64,000 bases of DNA from a virus, in IMG/VR virus record IMGVR_UViG_3300033153_006492, positions 1 through 64,000 of that record. One strand, 5' to 3'. The translations under genes were made by a program, and so were the position numbers. Below the pieces are notes generated by a model. The model searched no databases, was not told the origin of the DNA, and saw nothing but the letters and a program-made list of their open reading frames with translations. Below, piece by piece: positions 15,525 to 24,544 of the stretch (position 1 is the first letter of the stretch; each line of letters opens with the position of its first letter).

Positions 15525-15548
15525 CTGGGTACTAATAAGGAGAAACTT

Positions 15549-15842
15549 ATGAATGGTGTTATTGAAATTGTATTAGTTAATGTTAGAGCAATGATGGAAG
15601 TTACTAATCGTATTCGAAAGGCAGAAGAATTTTTTGAAAAGGAAATGGCATTTATTGATGATATTGATGTGGATACATTTCATTCATATTCAGAAGAACT
15701 ATTTCATATAAAAGAAGCTTTCAATGAGTGTGAAATAAAATATGAAAAAGGCGAAAATGTTTTTCTTGAAGTATTGTCGATATATCGTGCTTCTTTTGGG
15801 GTCGAACATTACATTCAGAGTATGAGTAAAGAAGATTATTAA
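15549..15842 (+). CDS. hypothetical protein
   Basis: AAGGAG RBS. Confidence 0.7.
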   Translation: MNGVIEIVLVNVRAMMEVTNRIRKAEEFFEKEMAFIDDIDVDTFHSYSEELFHIKEAFNECEIKYEKGENVFLEVLSIYRASFGVEHYIQSMSKEDY

Positions 15843-16000
15843 AATAAATGGAACTTTATTGAAATTAAATCGTGTAATTAGGTATGTTTGAAAAAAATAT
15901 ATATACTTATACTTGTATATATAAAATTTAAGAAGAATAATAAAAATTTAAAAGAAGGGAGATTGTCATGAATATGTGAAACTAAGAAGGAGAACATATC

Positions 16001-16162
16001 ATGGCAAAATCTCGAAGTGGATACAAACACCGTAAGCATGGTCGCGATAAAGTGAACTGTGAACGGTATCGTCGTGAAGGTCGTCGCGAAAAGAACAAAG
16101 CGCGTCGCCAAGCGAAACGTGAACGTCGTTTAGAAAAACGTCGTATACGCAGAGGTCTTTAA
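16001..16162 (+). CDS. 53-aa Arg/Lys-rich peptide
   Basis: AAGGAG RBS; MAKSRSGYKHRKHGRDKVNCERYRREGRREKNKARRQAKRERRLEKRRIRRGL. Confidence 0.7.
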   Translation: MAKSRSGYKHRKHGRDKVNCERYRREGRREKNKARRQAKRERRLEKRRIRRGL

Positions 16163-16166
16163 CAAC

Positions 16167-16396
16167 TTTTAGGGTCGGAGATGCAACGTTACCTCAGACG
16201 AAGCTGAAGAGAAGGTGAGTTTTCATACTTTACTCACTAACCATTCTATAAAACGAAGCCGAAAGGTTAGAATGGTCAGTATAAGTGTCTTGATAATAAC
16301 AAACAAGTAAAAAGTCATTGATATAACAATGTAAATAAAAACGTGGAATAAACTACGGAATAAACAATTCTTCGTTGGTCATAATTTATCCTAAAG
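16167..16396 (+). ncRNA. Y RNA-like gene 4 (large cargo domain)
   Basis: TTTTAGGGT[C]GGA / TTTATCCTAAAG; upper stem GATGCAACG/CGTTGGTC; TTACC; ~170-nt internal domain. Confidence 0.68.
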
Positions 16397-16401
16397 CATT
16401 T

Positions 16402-16511
16402 TAAATGGGTCGCTGGTACAGGGTTACCTCAATCGAAAACTGCGGCGTTCGCGCCGTAGGTGAAGCAGGACGTGATGCTCGTCAATCTCCTTGTCCACTT
16501 TTATCCGTTTA
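16402..16511 (+). ncRNA. Y RNA-like gene 5
   Basis: TAAATGGGT[C]G / TTTATCCGTTTA; upper stem TGGTACAGGG/CCTTGTCCA; TTACC; internal CTGCGGCG-TTCG-CGCCGTAG hairpin. Confidence 0.72.
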
Positions 16512-16528
16512 TATTTTTAACATTACAT

Positions 16529-16602
16529 TGCGGGGTAGAGCAGTCTGGTAGCTTGCTTGGCTCATAACCAAGTGGTCGCTGGTTCAAATCCAGCCCCCGC
16601 AA
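16529..16602 (+). tRNA. tRNA-Met(CAT), initiator-like
   Basis: TGCGGGG/CCCCGCA, D arm GAGCAGTCTGGTAGCTT, loop CTCATAA. Confidence 0.88.
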
Positions 16603-16634
16603 CTTTATAGGTCTTTCACAATATAATAATACAA

Positions 16635-16958
16635 GTCCTCGTGGCCGAATAACACGTATAGGCGTGTAAGGCATTGTAGCCCCAGCTGAAAAGCTTGGGG
16701 AGCGAGTTACGAACTTGGTGCGGATAAGGTGGCGACGTTCTGGAAGTGAGATCAACTTTTGGGGTTGAAATAAACAGAAACGAGCGCACGATTGCAGAAA
16801 TCCCCTAATACTTGGCATATAGCTACTATCTGTGATTATGAAGGTACAATCAATCCTTCCACTATTTAAAGATAAATTTCGACGGAGATTTATTGGTGTG
16901 ACTGAAAAATCCAAGTCCAGGCGTACGTTTGTGGGTAGATGCGAATCCCACCGAGGCA
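16635..16958 (+). ncRNA. ~324-nt RNA with tRNA-like ends and ~250-nt structured insert
   Basis: CCTCG/CGAGG acceptor, Leu/Ser-type D arm GCC-GAAT...A-GGC, T stem GTGGG/CCCAC with enlarged loop; several internal hairpins. Confidence 0.62.
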
Positions 16959-16987
16959 TTTTTTTATTAAAGTAACAAAACATTATT

Positions 16988-17049
16988 ATTGGGTCGTGAA
17001 TGATGGTCATCGAGCATTCGTAAAAAACATCATTCAACATTTATCTGGT
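16988..17049 (+). ncRNA. Y RNA-like element 6 in the ro60 leader
   Basis: ATTGGGT[C]G / TTTATCTGGT; upper stem TGAATGATG/CATCATTCA; TCATC. Confidence 0.68.
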
Positions 17050-17064
17050 TAATATTTTTAAGTG

Positions 17065-17096
17065 AACCCGCCAGATATTTCTGTGCGGGTTTTTTT
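17065..17096 (+). terminator. intrinsic terminator upstream of ro60
   Basis: AACCCGCCAGA...TCTGTGCGGGTT plus T run. Confidence 0.75.
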
Positions 17097-17141
17097 GTTT
17101 ATAAATTAGAGTCATTAATTCTAAATCAGGAGGTACATATC

Positions 17142-18830
17142 ATGCAAAAGTATAACAAACATGTAAACACACAAAAGACTTCACAACAAGAAGCAATTTT
17201 AGGTCGTGAAAAAGAAATGGCAAAGAACTATGCTGGTGGTGTAGTTTTTAAATTAGACGATTGGAAGGTACTTGATAGGTTCTTAATTCTTGGAAGCGAC
17301 AAACCTACTTACTATGCGTCTGCTCAAAAATTGACTAAAGAACATGCTAAGAATGTAATGGGATTAATTCAGGAAGATGCTAAGCGTGTCGTAGACCGTG
17401 TAGTTGAAATTTCATTAGCTGGTCGCGCACCAAACAACGATCCAGCATTATTCATTCTTGCGATGGTTGCAGGATTGGCTGACGACGAAGGAAAGAAATA
17501 TGCACTTAGTGTTCTTTCTAAAGTAGCCCGTATTGGAACACACTTATTTCACTTTGCAGAATATGTACAAGGGTTTCGAGGTTGGGGTCGTGGATTAAGA
17601 AATGGAATTGCCAAATGGTATCTTGAAAAGGATATTGATAAATTGGCTCTTCAAGTTGTAAAATATCAATCTCGCGATGGATGGTCTCACCGAGACATTC
17701 TTCGTAAGACTCACGTACAAGCCTTCAACGATGATATGAACAAAATTTTCGCTTGGGTTACACATGGAATTGGCGGCGAAATGAAAGTTAAGGGTGGAGA
17801 AACTGTAGAGACATTTCCACATACTGTTAATGATGTAAAGGACATTAAATTGATCTATGCATTTGAAATGGCTAAGAAAGCAACGTCGGAAGATGAAATC
17901 GTTGCTTTGATTAAGGAATACAGATTGCCAAGAGAAGCTATTCCTACGAATTTCATGGGTAAGAAAGTTTACCGAGCTCTTTTACCAGGGATGCCTATGA
18001 CTGCGTTAATTCGGAATTTAGGTAACCTGTCGAAGAATGGAATTCTTGTTGCTGGAAATTTTGACGACATTAATATGGTTGTTGAAAAAATTACTAACGA
18101 AGAAAACCTTAAAAAAGCAAGAGTTCATCCTATGCAATTGTTGATGGCAATGAAAACTTACGGAGCTGGACACGGAATGCGTGGGAAAGGTGAATGGAAA
18201 GTTGTACCACAGATCGTTGATGCTTTGGATGAAGCATTCTACAAAGCATTCTCATTTATTGTACCATCTGGAAAACGAATTCTTATTGCGCTTGATATTT
18301 CCGGTTCAATGGGTATGGATTACGGTGTGGCTGGTATTACTGGATTTACACCAAGAGAAGCATCTGCTGCTATGGCAATGGTAACGATGAAGGCAGAAAA
18401 GAATTGGGCAATTGTAGGATTTTCTGGTGGATATGGTAATGGGAGTTGGAATAATAACCGTGATGAATTAATCACATTGGATTTATCACCGAACATGAGA
18501 TTGAATGATGTTGTTAGAAAGGTAAGCAATTTACCATTTGGGTCTACTGATTGTGCATTACCTGCTGTTTGGGCGAAAAAAAATAAACTGGACTTTGATG
18601 CGATCTACATTTATACAGACAGCGAAACTTGGGTTGGAAACATTCAACCGGTTCAAGCGATGAGAGATTATCGTAAAGCTGTTGGACATGATGTTAAACT
18701 TGTTGTGGTAGCAATGACCTCGACTGGATTCACAATTGCTGATCCAAAAGACGCCTCTATGCTTGACGTTGTAGGATTTGATAGTAATGCACCTGCAATA
18801 ATGTCAAGCTTTGTAGACGATAAATTATAA
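17142..18830 (+). CDS. rsr: Ro60/Rsr RNA-binding protein (TROVE + vWA)
   Basis: LDRFLILG, GWGRGLR, KYQSRDGWSHRDILR, MPMTALIRNLG, ALDISGSM (MIDAS), TDCALP, YTDSETW, MLDVVGFD. Confidence 0.96.
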   Translation: MQKYNKHVNTQKTSQQEAILGREKEMAKNYAGGVVFKLDDWKVLDRFLILGSDKPTYYASAQKLTKEHAKNVMGLIQEDAKRVVDRVVEISLAGRAPNNDPALFILAMVAGLADDEGKKYALSVLSKVARIGTHLFHFAEYVQGFRGWGRGLRNGIAKWYLEKDIDKLALQVVKYQSRDGWSHRDILRKTHVQAFNDDMNKIFAWVTHGIGGEMKVKGGETVETFPHTVNDVKDIKLIYAFEMAKKATSEDEIVALIKEYRLPREAIPTNFMGKKVYRALLPGMPMTALIRNLGNLSKNGILVAGNFDDINMVVEKITNEENLKKARVHPMQLLMAMKTYGAGHGMRGKGEWKVVPQIVDALDEAFYKAFSFIVPSGKRILIALDISGSMGMDYGVAGITGFTPREASAAMAMVTMKAEKNWAIVGFSGGYGNGSWNNNRDELITLDLSPNMRLNDVVRKVSNLPFGSTDCALPAVWAKKNKLDFDAIYIYTDSETWVGNIQPVQAMRDYRKAVGHDVKLVVVAMTSTGFTIADPKDASMLDVVGFDSNAPAIMSSFVDDKL

Positions 18831-18886
18831 TACAGAACGCCGGGTGACTAAGGAGAGCCAGGAGAGTTGTGTACACAACCACATAC

Positions 18887-18914
18887 GCCGCCCCATTTTA
18901 GTGGGCGGCTTTTT
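18887..18914 (+). terminator. intrinsic terminator
   Basis: GCCGCCC...GGGCGGC-TTTTT. Confidence 0.8.
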
Positions 18915-18939
18915 ATTCTAAAAAAATCTAAAAATAAAC

Positions 18940-18968
18940 TTGACTGTCGCTGCTAAATTTCGTATCTT
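18940..18968 (+). promoter_or_regulatory. sigma70-type early promoter
   Basis: TTGACT-17-TATCTT-CTG. Confidence 0.65.
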
Positions 18969-19001
18969 CTGTGATAGCCAAAAATTAATGGAGGATAAAT
19001 T

Positions 19002-19289
19002 GTGTTGAAAGATGTACATAGTCATTCGATTGATAATGCTAAAGAAATATTAGAAAGTGAATATTATGGCTGTTTTTCTTGTGTTGAAGTTCATACTGTT
19101 GATGAAGGTATGAAAGCACAAGCCGAATATAGTTTATTGCATCCTGTGACGAATCCGAGTGGGTTAATAGAATCAACGGTATTTTGCCCGAAATGTATGA
19201 TTGATTCAATCATAGGAGACGCTACGGGGTATAAGATTACTCATGAACTTATGAGTGAGTTAGAAAAACATTGGTTTGGTGAAAAATAA
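19002..19289 (+). CDS. zinc-binding hypothetical protein
   Basis: GGAGG RBS; GCFSC...TVFCPKCMIDSIIGD. Confidence 0.75.
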   Translation: MLKDVHSHSIDNAKEILESEYYGCFSCVEVHTVDEGMKAQAEYSLLHPVTNPSGLIESTVFCPKCMIDSIIGDATGYKITHELMSELEKHWFGEK

Positions 19290-19291
19290 AG

Positions 19292-19320
19292 TTGATTAGT
19301 AAGGTCAAATTTCGTATATT
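19292..19320 (+). promoter_or_regulatory. sigma70-type early promoter
   Basis: TTGATT-17-TATATT-CTG. Confidence 0.65.
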
Positions 19321-19350
19321 CTGTTATAATTAAAAAATAAAGGTTATGGA

Positions 19351-22044
19351 ATGGCTAAAAGTAAGAAACGTATTGAAGAAACTCGACGAGCTAAAGTTAT
19401 GAAATGGAAGTCGAAATTTAAAGCAAAACGAGTAGATAAATCTATCCATGAAAATCAAATATTATATGATATGGCTGGAACTGATCATTGGGAAGATCAT
19501 TTACAAGCCGGTCATACTCCCTGGTCTAAAGCTGGAGAATCTGTATTGAATGATAATAGATTGGTTGATAATCGAGCAAAAGAACATGATAGATCGGCTG
19601 CATCTATGCGACCTATGTTACAAGATGGAGCACCAAGATGGTCATATTCATTAACGGACAAAACAGGATATGCAATGTATCAAATGGATAATCAGCACTG
19701 GATACCTTATATGGAAAAACAAGGTTGGGTTGAGGTTACACGTAATGATAAAAATGTTGTTGAAACGGTTCAATTTAATGCAGCAATGTATAACGATGAA
19801 ATAGTATTTTTTGAAAAAGATCCGGATTATATTCCACCTGCTGATGATTCACCACACAAAAGAAGTTTGAAGTTGGCTGTATTTCCCGATGGTCATATGG
19901 AAGATCTTTCGGACAGAGAAAATTATGAAAAGATTTTATTTACTCCATTATTGACCTTTGCGATTGAAAGTCTTTTAAATGACAGTGAAGTACGACAAGA
20001 ATATTTACAAGATAGAGGTTCAAATAGAGCCGCGAAAAGAAAATATTTTAGAGTAATGTTAAAATATTTTGGTCGTAATGGAATAAAATTAAATAAACAA
20101 AGAGTAAATGAGTTGTGTTTTCTTTTGGGTATGACGACAGGTACCGGAAAAACTGAACAATTTATTAATTATGCTATATGGGCTACCCGTCATTTTGGAA
20201 TGCCGAATATCCATCTTATAGTGTCTCCATGGCCGGATACTTTGAAGGAATTTCAAGGTCGGGTAAATAAATGGCAAGATTTTATAGATGAATCTGTTGA
20301 ATACATTGATTCTAAAAAGTTTTCCAATAAAAGTAAAATTGAAATACTGAATTATGATAAGAACAAAATATATTTGATTGGTGTTTCGATGCAAGATATT
20401 AAAATGAAGATGGTTGATAAAAAGGGTGGAAAACAAATAGTTGAGATTAACGATGTAAATGAATTTGTAACTGAGGTTTTTGAGAAAAGATTTTCAAACT
20501 TAGCAGATTATAAATTTGGGTTGTTGGGGATTGATGAAGCCCACTTTGGGACTCGGACAACTCGCTGGCAAGAGGTTCAAACAAGAATTAATTATCAAGC
20601 GTCAGTTTTCATAACTGCTACACCACATGATTATCTCGCTGATTCATATTTTCCAGATGAATTTCGGTTTTTATATTCTTATGAAGATATAATGGCAGCT
20701 AAAATAAATGGCGAAAAATGGGCAGAAGTATTTCCTACAAGAGATCTTTATATGTTGAACATTGCTTCAGCAGTTTTAATGTATAGAGAACGTGGCTACT
20801 CATTACCAGAAGATTTTAACTTTGAAAAGTTGTTCGATTATGATAAAAATAATGTTGACAATGGACATTATGGGTTTAAATACGGATCTGTGTTGGTTGA
20901 ATTGTTTAAAGAAATGTTTAAAACTGGTGATGGTCAACTTACTATAACTGGATTAAATGGTTTGTGTGATTTTTCTAAAAATCATGGTATAATGTCTGTT
21001 CCAACAGGTGATAGTGACGCTGTGGTTCGCGCATTAAAGAATCTTTTAATAAGAGATATACATACAATATTTGGGAAAAATGCCGACGAATCGAAAAGAA
21101 CTAAAATCTTCACGAAGGCTGATAATAAAATCAGTGAAATACAAGATTTTACTGATAAAAATGCCATTGGTGGAACATGGAAGAGTTTGACATTAACTTG
21201 TAATCGTTGGTTAACTGGTGTAGATGTTCCGGCGTGGGGATATTTGGTACTTCTTAGGTCTATTAAGGACATCAAATTACAAGAACAATCATTTGGTCGC
21301 GTGAATCGTCCAGTTTGTGAAAAGGGTATAATTATGAAGCCCAATTGTGCGATTTTTATTGCTGATCCTGAATATACCATTTCATTATCAACAAAAGCGT
21401 GGAGTGATTCAATGAAACACGGGATTAGTATAGAAGCAATGGCGAGGGAAATGTATAGAACATATCCGGTATTTTATGGAGATGGTAATGGTTGGATAAA
21501 AGCCGATGAAGAATATGTATTGAAACTTATCGTTGATAGTGATCCATGTGGAATACGAACATTGAGAAATTTACATAAGTTTGATTTGACAAATAGAGAA
21601 ATACCTTCTGAAGAAGAAGAATTGATAAAATCTTTAACTTTAAAAGATAGCCAAAAATCAGTTTTCACAAAAAAGAAAAATAAAAATGGAACTGATAAAG
21701 CTAAGACTTTTGTTAATTTGGAAAGATTCCAAAAAGCTAATAAAAAGGAAAAAGATCCGAATAAAATGTACAAATTGTTGTTGAGGGAATTTATTATACG
21801 GATACCCGAATTACTTGAGCTAACTAATTGGAAAGTAAAATCAATTGGAGAGTTATTCAATTTAACTACGATTGAACAACATGGTATTGAAATGTCAATG
21901 GATGAAGCACTGGATTTTGATAGAATGATAATGGTAAGAGCTATTGAGCACCGAATTGTGGATGTTTTTGAGTATGATAGATGGATTGAAATATATATCC
22001 AAACAATGAAAAAAGATGAATTTTTTCGGAAATTACTTGAGTAA
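19351..22044 (+). CDS. SF2 helicase, restriction-subunit (ResIII)-like
   Basis: TGTGKT, IDEAH, TATP, TGVDVP, QSFGRVNR. Confidence 0.85.
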   Translation: MAKSKKRIEETRRAKVMKWKSKFKAKRVDKSIHENQILYDMAGTDHWEDHLQAGHTPWSKAGESVLNDNRLVDNRAKEHDRSAASMRPMLQDGAPRWSYSLTDKTGYAMYQMDNQHWIPYMEKQGWVEVTRNDKNVVETVQFNAAMYNDEIVFFEKDPDYIPPADDSPHKRSLKLAVFPDGHMEDLSDRENYEKILFTPLLTFAIESLLNDSEVRQEYLQDRGSNRAAKRKYFRVMLKYFGRNGIKLNKQRVNELCFLLGMTTGTGKTEQFINYAIWATRHFGMPNIHLIVSPWPDTLKEFQGRVNKWQDFIDESVEYIDSKKFSNKSKIEILNYDKNKIYLIGVSMQDIKMKMVDKKGGKQIVEINDVNEFVTEVFEKRFSNLADYKFGLLGIDEAHFGTRTTRWQEVQTRINYQASVFITATPHDYLADSYFPDEFRFLYSYEDIMAAKINGEKWAEVFPTRDLYMLNIASAVLMYRERGYSLPEDFNFEKLFDYDKNNVDNGHYGFKYGSVLVELFKEMFKTGDGQLTITGLNGLCDFSKNHGIMSVPTGDSDAVVRALKNLLIRDIHTIFGKNADESKRTKIFTKADNKISEIQDFTDKNAIGGTWKSLTLTCNRWLTGVDVPAWGYLVLLRSIKDIKLQEQSFGRVNRPVCEKGIIMKPNCAIFIADPEYTISLSTKAWSDSMKHGISIEAMAREMYRTYPVFYGDGNGWIKADEEYVLKLIVDSDPCGIRTLRNLHKFDLTNREIPSEEEELIKSLTLKDSQKSVFTKKKNKNGTDKAKTFVNLERFQKANKKEKDPNKMYKLLLREFIIRIPELLELTNWKVKSIGELFNLTTIEQHGIEMSMDEALDFDRMIMVRAIEHRIVDVFEYDRWIEIYIQTMKKDEFFRKLLE

Positions 22045-22085
22045 TACGAAAATTTTGTATATTATAGTATAAAAAAGGAATATTT

Positions 22086-23312
22086 ATGCAAGCATTATTA
22101 GATTTACGAGAAAGCCGGTATGCTGAAACATACACCAACAAAAAAGATGGATTGATTATGGATTCAGAAATTTTAATAGATGAATTTCGTGACGCAAAAG
22201 CTGCTGATGTATTATTTGATAAACTCGTATTAATGAACAATTTGCGTATAATTATTACTGAAAAAATGGGGAACTTTTCTCATTTTGTAATGTTAAACCT
22301 ATTGAAGAGAGGCTTGACAGAAAAACAAATTATTGAAGATATTCTTTATATTGAATGTCTTGAGAAAAGAGGAATTATATTAACTAAAAATCTTATAAAT
22401 CCACAAAATAAGTTTAGTGATAATATTGTATTATATGAAGGAAAATCAATGGAAAAAAAGGGGAGTATAGTGTTACAAAATCCACCCTATAACAAATCAA
22501 AGGGTGAACATTCAGGTATGGGTAATGCTCTTGCATGGACGAGTCATGTAGAGCAACGTAAAGCTGAAGTTATATCAGGTGGTTATTGTTTAAATGTACA
22601 TCCTGCTGGATTAAGAAAACCTGACAATAAGTTAGGTAGAGAAATGTTTGAAAATCAAATAGATTATATGGAAGTACATAATCTTGCTGATGGTCATAGA
22701 ACATTTCGTGCTGGGACTCGATATGATTGGTATATATGGCAAAATAGTATATGGAAAACTAAAACAGAATATCGTGATGAAGATGGTATAACTCATTTTA
22801 TTGATTTGAGAGAATGGCCATTTGTTCCAAATTGTTCGTTTGATTTAGTAAAACGAATTATTGATTTTGATGCTGTTGTAGATTTTAACGGTAGTTATAA
22901 CGGTAGAGTAATATTTAGTGAACATTATAAGCCAGGGAAAAATAATGTGTATTTGTCGGATGTGGAAACTGATGTGCATAAACATAAAGTGATTCATACT
23001 ATTTATGTCGGTGAAAAGAAAGAGCCTAAAGTTTATTTTAGTTCTACAAATGAATTGGGTGATTTTTGTACTAAAAAGGTTATTGTTGGGGAAAATGGTA
23101 ATGTGATGGCGGATTTTACCGGAAATTTGTTGTTGTCACAAAATGCGTTTGCCATTCCTACAAAAACTAATAAAGATACTGAAGATTTGGTCAAATTTTT
23201 TCATTCAAATGAGTGGAATGAAATAAGAAGAGCAACTTCTTGGAGTAATTTTAGAGTTGTATGGAGAATGTTTAAATATTGTAAACCTAATTTTTGGAGA
23301 GAGTTTATATAA
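22086..23312 (+). CDS. adenine DNA methyltransferase, catalytic/TRD part
   Basis: VLQNPPY, GGYCLNVHP; no clear SAM-binding motif I. Confidence 0.75.
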   Translation: MQALLDLRESRYAETYTNKKDGLIMDSEILIDEFRDAKAADVLFDKLVLMNNLRIIITEKMGNFSHFVMLNLLKRGLTEKQIIEDILYIECLEKRGIILTKNLINPQNKFSDNIVLYEGKSMEKKGSIVLQNPPYNKSKGEHSGMGNALAWTSHVEQRKAEVISGGYCLNVHPAGLRKPDNKLGREMFENQIDYMEVHNLADGHRTFRAGTRYDWYIWQNSIWKTKTEYRDEDGITHFIDLREWPFVPNCSFDLVKRIIDFDAVVDFNGSYNGRVIFSEHYKPGKNNVYLSDVETDVHKHKVIHTIYVGEKKEPKVYFSSTNELGDFCTKKVIVGENGNVMADFTGNLLLSQNAFAIPTKTNKDTEDLVKFFHSNEWNEIRRATSWSNFRVVWRMFKYCKPNFWREFI

Positions 23313-23863
23313 TGGGTATTACAATAGAAGAAAAAATACAAAAACACTTGGACGATAAATATAATACGATAGAAAAAGTAAAAACTTATGGTGAAGTTTT
23401 TACCCCGTTTTGGTTGATACGTGAAATGTTAGACAAAGTACCAAAAGATGTGTGGAAAAACCCACATGAAACATGGCTTGATCCATGTGCTGGACTTGGT
23501 AATTTCCATTGCATAGTATTGGAAAGATTATTAATTAGTTTGTCTGATTGGGAATCTGATATAGAAAAACGTTATAAACATATCATTGAGAAACAATTGT
23601 ATTTCATTGAATTAAATCCTAAATCTGTAAAATTTATAGAAGAAATATTTAATCCTGAAAAGAAGTATAAAATGAACCTTGTATGTGCTGATTCATTAGA
23701 TCCTGATCATCCTGGTTGGGATGAAGTTGGTTATATGTGGGATGAAGACGATAAAGAAATAATAAAAAGTCGTAGAGAATATAAAAAGGTATTTGAACGT
23801 AAACAGGTTAAAAAAATTGAAATAGAAGTAGACGAAGATACGGAATTATATAGGAAAGAATGA
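23312..23863 (+). CDS. DNA methyltransferase SAM-binding part
   Basis: GEVFTP, WLDPCAGLGNF, YFIELN, CADSL; no NPPY. Confidence 0.8.
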   Translation: MGITIEEKIQKHLDDKYNTIEKVKTYGEVFTPFWLIREMLDKVPKDVWKNPHETWLDPCAGLGNFHCIVLERLLISLSDWESDIEKRYKHIIEKQLYFIELNPKSVKFIEEIFNPEKKYKMNLVCADSLDPDHPGWDEVGYMWDEDDKEIIKSRREYKKVFERKQVKKIEIEVDEDTELYRKE

Positions 23864-23906
23864 ATTTTGATATTGAAAACCGTAAACTTATTAGAGAGGA
23901 CTACTC

Positions 23907-24470
23907 GTGAATTTATTTGAATATAGATTGGATTTTGTAGCGTTATTTTTAGTTCACTTCAACGAAAAACTGCGACAACTTATGGATGTGTTTGAAATAG
24001 ATAATTGGGAGGATTTTCTGGTTGAAGAGGACGAGAAACAACGGACATCGAAGAGGGCTTCATTTTTATCACCGATGGTAGATTTGTGTATACAGAAGGC
24101 TGCTAAGGAATTAAAATTAGATTGGAAATTTATTGCTGGTGATGGATTTGATAGTATTTTAGAAGGTGAACAAATAGAACATAAATTCTCATTATCGACT
24201 GGGAATTCTTGGACTGGTCATCCATATTCAAATAAAGTTCCAAAACACTTATTAATAAAAACAGAAATATCTAATAATATATTAGACAAATTATTTATCG
24301 GAGTGGTTGAATTGGGTGATATGAATTACAGATCATCGGCTAATGGTACAAGTAGTTTTTCAAGCATAAAGATACACAACGATGATTTGGAACGCTGTAA
24401 TTTGCTATATGGTGGTCTACAACCTAAGATAAAATGGTGTAATGTTATTCCTCATTGTGTTGGAACTTAA
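23907..24470 (+). CDS. putative PD-(D/E)xK restriction-like endonuclease
   Basis: GDGFDSILEGEQIEHK pattern; adjacent to MTases. Confidence 0.5.
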   Translation: MNLFEYRLDFVALFLVHFNEKLRQLMDVFEIDNWEDFLVEEDEKQRTSKRASFLSPMVDLCIQKAAKELKLDWKFIAGDGFDSILEGEQIEHKFSLSTGNSWTGHPYSNKVPKHLLIKTEISNNILDKLFIGVVELGDMNYRSSANGTSSFSSIKIHNDDLERCNLLYGGLQPKIKWCNVIPHCVGT

Positions 24471-24544
24471 TCGAGTTTCCAGCGTTTATATATTTATACT
24501 AAAGGGTTATTACCCAATCTATATTATCATAAGGAGATATATAA

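Noticed and set aside
16200-16300. Hammerhead ribozyme (CTGAAGA...GAAA) inside Y-like RNA 4
   Set aside because: I could not build stems I-III around the core; the GAAA is a tetraloop of a separate hairpin.
16635-16958. Group I intron-containing tRNA or second tmRNA
   Set aside because: No recognisable P7/R-S motifs, no reconstructable anticodon arm, no G3:U70 and no tag ORF. Kept as an unknown ncRNA.
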